This document shows, piece after piece, positions 59,940 through 64,000 of a stretch of DNA of 64,000 nucleotides. A model generated the notes under the pieces. It did not search any database and was not told the DNA's origin. It saw only the letters and a list, made by a program, of their open reading frames with translations. How positions within the stretch are numbered: position 1 is the first letter of the stretch; every line of letters begins with the position of its first letter. A program made the position numbers and the translations under genes. The stretch is from Nitrososphaerota archaeon (GTDB lineage: Archaea; Thermoproteota; Nitrososphaeria_A; Caldarchaeales; Calditenuaceae): positions 66,049 through 130,048 of the forward strand of contig JAWBQR010000004.1 in assembly GCA_038845265.1 (NCBI GenBank), given 5' to 3'.

Positions 59940-60518
59940 TCATCGCCTCTCAAAGTCAAGTATTGCAGAGCCTTCCCTACAGCTTCTCAATAGATACTTC
60001 CCAGAGGGCAGCAACCCATAGTTAACTGCCTCTTCCAAGTAGTCTTCAGCGAACCCCAATAGAAAGGAGCAGACCGGATGGTTACACCTCGACGTCGAAA
60101 TACCTGATGAGCATTGATGAACAAGTCGCCCCTCACTCAAGGCGTATCTCCATCCATGCATAATTGTCAACATCTGTCTTTCTAGCTTGTTGATGATTTG
60201 GTCATCATCGTCTCTCAAGGTTTTTAAGAGATTTTTCGATACCGTCCTGCCATAGTGGTAAATCATTATCAATGCGCAGTCGGTGCCTAGTACTATACTG
60301 AGAAGATCATAGAGTTTCTCAATTCTTTGCCAAGTAATTTTAACCGCCTCTTCTCTTCTCCTATAATGGCCTACTACCACGCCTAGGCCGATTATGAATC
60401 CGAAAAGCGCTGCTGAAGCAATTACGGTTCGGTAATCGATATTGATGAGTAAGCAGAAAACAGATATGAAAGTGAGTGGCAATGCGATAAGACCAGAGTA
60501 ATCGATAACGTATATCAC
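59940..60518 (-). CDS. Two-TM protein with C-terminal V4R-like domain
   Basis: Two N-terminal TM helices; IYHYGRTV, HQC, HPVCSFLLGFAE, RSC. Confidence 0.55.
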   Translation of the reverse strand: MIYVIDYSGLIALPLTFISVFCLLINIDYRTVIASAALFGFIIGLGVVVGHYRRREEAVKITWQRIEKLYDLLSIVLGTDCALIMIYHYGRTVSKNLLKTLRDDDDQIINKLERQMLTIMHGWRYALSEGRLVHQCSSGISTSRCNHPVCSFLLGFAEDYLEEAVNYGLLPSGKYLLRSCREGSAILDFERR

Positions 60519-60991
60519 CTATCGACACACTCCTCGTTTTTAATCTTCTTCTCAGTAATCTTGTAGCTGCAGTTAAAGTCGTTCTGAATTATTACGCATT
60601 GATATGCGTGAAGAACATTCTTCCTCATAGAAAGTATGTAGCTCTCGAGTAGGCCAGTAATAAAGCAGCATAGGGGAAAGCGATACGAATCATCATCTTG
60701 CAGGTTTATAAAACTGAAGTTATAGACACAACTCTTCTCGACCGAATATTCTTCCACACGAATCTTTATAGATGGAATTATAGCAGACAGAAATTCTGAT
60801 GGCTTGCATCTCCTTGTCACGGTATTGGAGAGTAAATCTCCGAGACGCCTACCCAGTAAATAAAAATAGTATTTAATGGAGAGGTTATCGAAGAATTGTT
60901 TTACCAATTCTTGGAGCTGGGCTATTTCTTCTCGCGATATAGGTGTTAGGGAGCTTAATCTATATTTACTAAATAATTCTGTATTGTTCAT
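60515..60991 (-). CDS. V4R-like domain protein
   Basis: FYLLGRRLG, PLCCFITGLLES, QCVIIQNDFNCSYKI (V4R pattern C-x-F-xx-G ... C ... C-x-aromatic-x-I). Confidence 0.65.
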   Translation of the reverse strand: MNNTELFSKYRLSSLTPISREEIAQLQELVKQFFDNLSIKYYFYLLGRRLGDLLSNTVTRRCKPSEFLSAIIPSIKIRVEEYSVEKSCVYNFSFINLQDDDSYRFPLCCFITGLLESYILSMRKNVLHAYQCVIIQNDFNCSYKITEKKIKNEECVDR

Positions 60992-61014
60992 ATGAGTATA
61001 GATAATATAGATGA

Positions 61015-61027
61015 ATATAAATTTTTC
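61015..61027 (-). promoter_or_regulatory. Putative BRE/TATA promoter for the V4R-arl transcript
   Basis: Minus strand GAAAAATTTATAT about 24 nt upstream of the ATG at 60991, consistent with a leaderless transcript. Confidence 0.55.
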
Positions 61028-61103
61028 GACGTATTAGAAATAATATTTAAATAATAGCATAGTAGTGAATCTCAATAAGATTATTTTTATTTGTGAGAAA
61101 TTT

Positions 61104-62513
61104 TCAAGTGATGGGTATTACCTTGGGTATGGGTGAGTCCTCCGGCACCTGTATTCCGTAGAGTGGGGTTCGGGGCTTCATTCCGTATAGGAGGAGTGTT
61201 CCATGCTTCCGCGTGATCTTGAAGTGCATGTCTGCGAGTGGTGCCAGGCTCGTGGCGATCCATGGCCATGTCGGTTTGACGAGCCATAGAGTGATTCCGG
61301 GCCTAGTCCTAGCCTCGTCAAGCATGGAGTAAATAATGTTTATTGTCTTTTCGCCTAGATGACTGACCAACCGGTCTATACCAAATGCGGCGAGTAAGGG
61401 CTTCTTCAATTTCCTCGAAAGTGAGGAACCTAGCTTCACTAGTCTGGGATACGCCTGCTCATCGTAGACCATCCTGATAACGTTTGTCTCCTCCTCACCC
61501 GTCGGAGACTCTGTAATGAGGTGTACATAGGTCTTGTAGTGCTCCTCGCTCAGTCCATAGATCTTGCCGATCTCTCTAAGTATACTCCAAGTCACGCCTC
61601 CTGTCGGCAATACGAGGCAAGGCCTCTCCTTCAATATGAAACTTGCAGCAAGAGGCATGAGCACGATGTTGTATTCTCTCGGTGTGAGCTTGGGGTCAAT
61701 CTCGAAGAGGACCGTAGTTTTATCTGGCAATCCCCCTATCTCGCGGTCTAGGTCCGGTATCCCCGTAGTGTAATATCCAGCTGGATCTGCAGGATACTTT
61801 ATCTTCTTAGTCGGAGGCTTTTCAGGCATTTTTGTCGGCGGTAAAATGGTAAATCCGCCATGTAGTGAGAAGCAAATTTTTGGATTCCTTAGCTCAGAGC
61901 CTCTCATCTTTACGATTGTTAGTTTTCTTATGCGCTTATCTTCCGTCATATCCATTTCTAGGTTTATTACTCCGTCGGCGATGAAGTCGACGTAGTCATA
62001 CATGAGCTTCTCGCCGGTTACTTTTTCTTCCTTGATTAGTATTGTGGTGCATCCTAGTTGCTTGACCATCTTTGAGATAATCGTGTGGAGGAATGTCCTC
62101 GCCTCGCCCTCGTCCTTAAACATCTGACTCATGCCTGTGTATGAGTCAATAACGAGTCTTCTAGCACCGAGGGACTTGATCGTGTTCATGACCATGCCAA
62201 TCCCTGTGGCTATGCCGGGCTCGAGCATTGTGGGCAGAGCGATGTAGCTGAACATGTTTTCATTTCTCAACTTCTCGAAGTCATATCCAAGCCCCTTCAT
62301 GTAAGTATAGAAGCGGTCCTCATCCTCAATTAATGATGCATACACTCCAGGCTCGTTACACCTTATCGCGCCGTAGTAGAGTAGGCTGGTTGCGAATGCA
62401 GTCTTCCCTGTGCCCGGAGTTCCGGAGACAACTATAAGCCCGCCCTTCGGAAGGCCCCTAACTATTGCATCAAGTCCCTCCATTCCACTCTTAACAAATT
62501 CTTCTTCAATCAT
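61104..62513 (-). CDS. KaiC/GvpD-like RecA-fold ATPase with intact N-terminal and degenerate C-terminal P-loop domains
   Basis: SGMEGLD, GTPGTGKT, LVIDS, ADGVI, KMRG; the second domain starts TTGIPDLDREIGG but lacks Walker A. Confidence 0.88.
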   Translation of the reverse strand: MIEEEFVKSGMEGLDAIVRGLPKGGLIVVSGTPGTGKTAFATSLLYYGAIRCNEPGVYASLIEDEDRFYTYMKGLGYDFEKLRNENMFSYIALPTMLEPGIATGIGMVMNTIKSLGARRLVIDSYTGMSQMFKDEGEARTFLHTIISKMVKQLGCTTILIKEEKVTGEKLMYDYVDFIADGVINLEMDMTEDKRIRKLTIVKMRGSELRNPKICFSLHGGFTILPPTKMPEKPPTKKIKYPADPAGYYTTGIPDLDREIGGLPDKTTVLFEIDPKLTPREYNIVLMPLAASFILKERPCLVLPTGGVTWSILREIGKIYGLSEEHYKTYVHLITESPTGEEETNVIRMVYDEQAYPRLVKLGSSLSRKLKKPLLAAFGIDRLVSHLGEKTINIIYSMLDEARTRPGITLWLVKPTWPWIATSLAPLADMHFKITRKHGTLLLYGMKPRTPLYGIQVPEDSPIPKVIPIT

Positions 62514-62872
62514 ATTGGACTCGCACCTCCTTGTCTAAACGACTTCAGCAGCTTAAGCCTCGATTCTTCATCGCCTCTCTTTACCAATTCTAAAAACTCC
62601 CCTGTATTAATGACCCTTATTGCTCCTTTTTGAATCATAGTTAATGCCATAATCTCCAATACTTTATCAGCTCCGAGTCCAAATATAGTTTTCAGCGCTT
62701 CATAAAATTTTGGTGGGTCGTCACAGAAAACATCATATGGATCATTTTCTAAAAAATTGAATAAATGAAACTCGAGGGCCGATAGACTTGTATCGCCTAA
62801 AAGTGAGTGTAAAGCATTCTTCACGGACTTTTTTATAAATTCTCTGTTAATCAGTTCGTCTGGCCCTATCAA
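62510..62872 (-). CDS. Small helical KaiC-associated protein (DUF3227-like)
   Basis: LLGDTSLSALEFHL...DDPPKFYEALKTIFGLGADKVLE pattern; ATGA overlap with the KaiC-like gene. Confidence 0.55.
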   Translation of the reverse strand: MIGPDELINREFIKKSVKNALHSLLGDTSLSALEFHLFNFLENDPYDVFCDDPPKFYEALKTIFGLGADKVLEIMALTMIQKGAIRVINTGEFLELVKRGDEESRLKLLKSFRQGGASPI

Positions 62873-63115
62873 TTTTTATACCACACTTCTCTCATCATTA
62901 TAATAAGAGATTTATAAGGCTTTTATTACTGATTAGCAACTAAAGATCTGAATATGGGGGCAGGGTTAATAATGATTAACACTTGAGGATTAAAATAATG
63001 TTATTTTTGCCTAGCATTTGGCCAAAAGAGTCCCGAAAAATAAAATTCTGAGTTTAACTCTTATGAGAGCTCTTTTGAATTCTTAAATTTTTTTAACAGG
63101 CCACATAGTAGTTAC

Positions 63116-63991
63116 TTGATGGACGGAGGCTTAGACATAGGAGTAGTCTTTTGGCTATTTTTGCTATTGTTTATTTTTCTCTGGCCTCAGTATAAGATGC
63201 GGGCCCTCCAGGCAGCTAGGCTAGACCTGATGAAGAAGTGCGAGAAGAAGATGGGCTGCAGAATCATAACACTTATTCATAGACAGGAGAGGATAGGATT
63301 GTTCGGAATTCCGTTCTATAAATACATCGACATTGAAGACTCCGAACAAGTACTAAGAGCGATCAGGATGACCCCTCAAGATATGCCGATAGCCATGATT
63401 ATCCATACTCCGGGTGGATTAGTACTCGCAGCGACCCAGATAGCCCTAGCGCTTAAGGAGCATAAGGCAAAGAAGATAGCAATAATTCCGCACTATGCCA
63501 TGAGTGGCGGAACGCTGATCGCTCTAGCCGTAGACGAGGTATGGATGGACCCGAACGCCGTCCTAGGGCCAGTGGACCCACAAATAAGCGACCAGAGACA
63601 TGGAGTGATACCAGCAGCCTCACTTCTCAGAACCGTAAACGAGAAGGGAAGAGACAAAGTCAGAGAGGAATACCTCATACTCGCGGACGTGGCCGAGAAA
63701 GCTGTAAGACAGATGGAGAAGCTCGTCTACAACCTAGTAGTCGATAAAATGGGAGAAGAAAAAGCGAGAGAACTAGCAAAGATAATGGTCGAGGGAAAAT
63801 GGACCCATGACTACCCTATAACAGTCGAAGAAGCCAGAAATCTCGGGATTAATATCAAGACAGAGATTCCCGAAGAAGTTTACAAACTCATGGAGCTATA
63901 CCCGCAGCCAGCAGCCCTAAGACCAAGCGTCGAATACGTCCCGATGCCCTACGCACCACCAAGAACAAGAAGAACACAACAAGAAAAATAA
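63116..63991 (+). CDS. Membrane-anchored ClpP-class serine protease (SDH_sah/DUF114)
   Basis: N-terminal TM, LIHRQE, IHTPGGLVLAATQIA, PHYAMSGGTLIALA, LGPVDPQ, WTHDYP. Confidence 0.9.
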   Translation: MMDGGLDIGVVFWLFLLLFIFLWPQYKMRALQAARLDLMKKCEKKMGCRIITLIHRQERIGLFGIPFYKYIDIEDSEQVLRAIRMTPQDMPIAMIIHTPGGLVLAATQIALALKEHKAKKIAIIPHYAMSGGTLIALAVDEVWMDPNAVLGPVDPQISDQRHGVIPAASLLRTVNEKGRDKVREEYLILADVAEKAVRQMEKLVYNLVVDKMGEEKARELAKIMVEGKWTHDYPITVEEARNLGINIKTEIPEEVYKLMELYPQPAALRPSVEYVPMPYAPPRTRRTQQEK

Positions 63992-64000
63992 CTAGCGTCC

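Overview
Archaeal genomic DNA, most likely a thermophilic Thermoproteota of the Aigarchaeota/Caldarchaeales type. Supporting signs are a GC-rich archaeal 16S, PolB1, Gins23-MCM, an intron-split cbf5 and a Caldiarchaeum-like ubiquitin. The left ~48 kb is mostly housekeeping: aconitase, thrC, aIF5A, an orphan archaellin beside glycosyltransferases, a stand-alone 16S rRNA gene, dph5, polB1, an AT-rich membrane glycosylation cassette, the uS5-secY-cbf5 cluster, tRNA-Ser, gins/mcm/hel308, taw1, lysC, aEF2 and DNA ligase. The right ~15 kb differs in composition. It carries an orphan eukaryote-type ubiquitin and a ~10 kb minus-strand run of small protein, KaiC-like ATPase, two V4R-like proteins, ArlC/D/E-like, arlG, arlF, arlH, arlI, arlJ and a monotopic coiled-coil protein, with no che genes in the window. 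Main observations: (1) a 407-aa intein in the archaellum motor ATPase ArlI/FlaI that ends in Met-Asp instead of His-Asn; (2) a candidate KaiC/V4R sensory module linked to the archaellum operon; (3) a 14-nt bulge-helix-bulge intron splitting the catalytic Asp codon of cbf5; (4) a stand-alone, pre-matured ubiquitin. All family assignments come from motif recognition by eye; no database searches were run.
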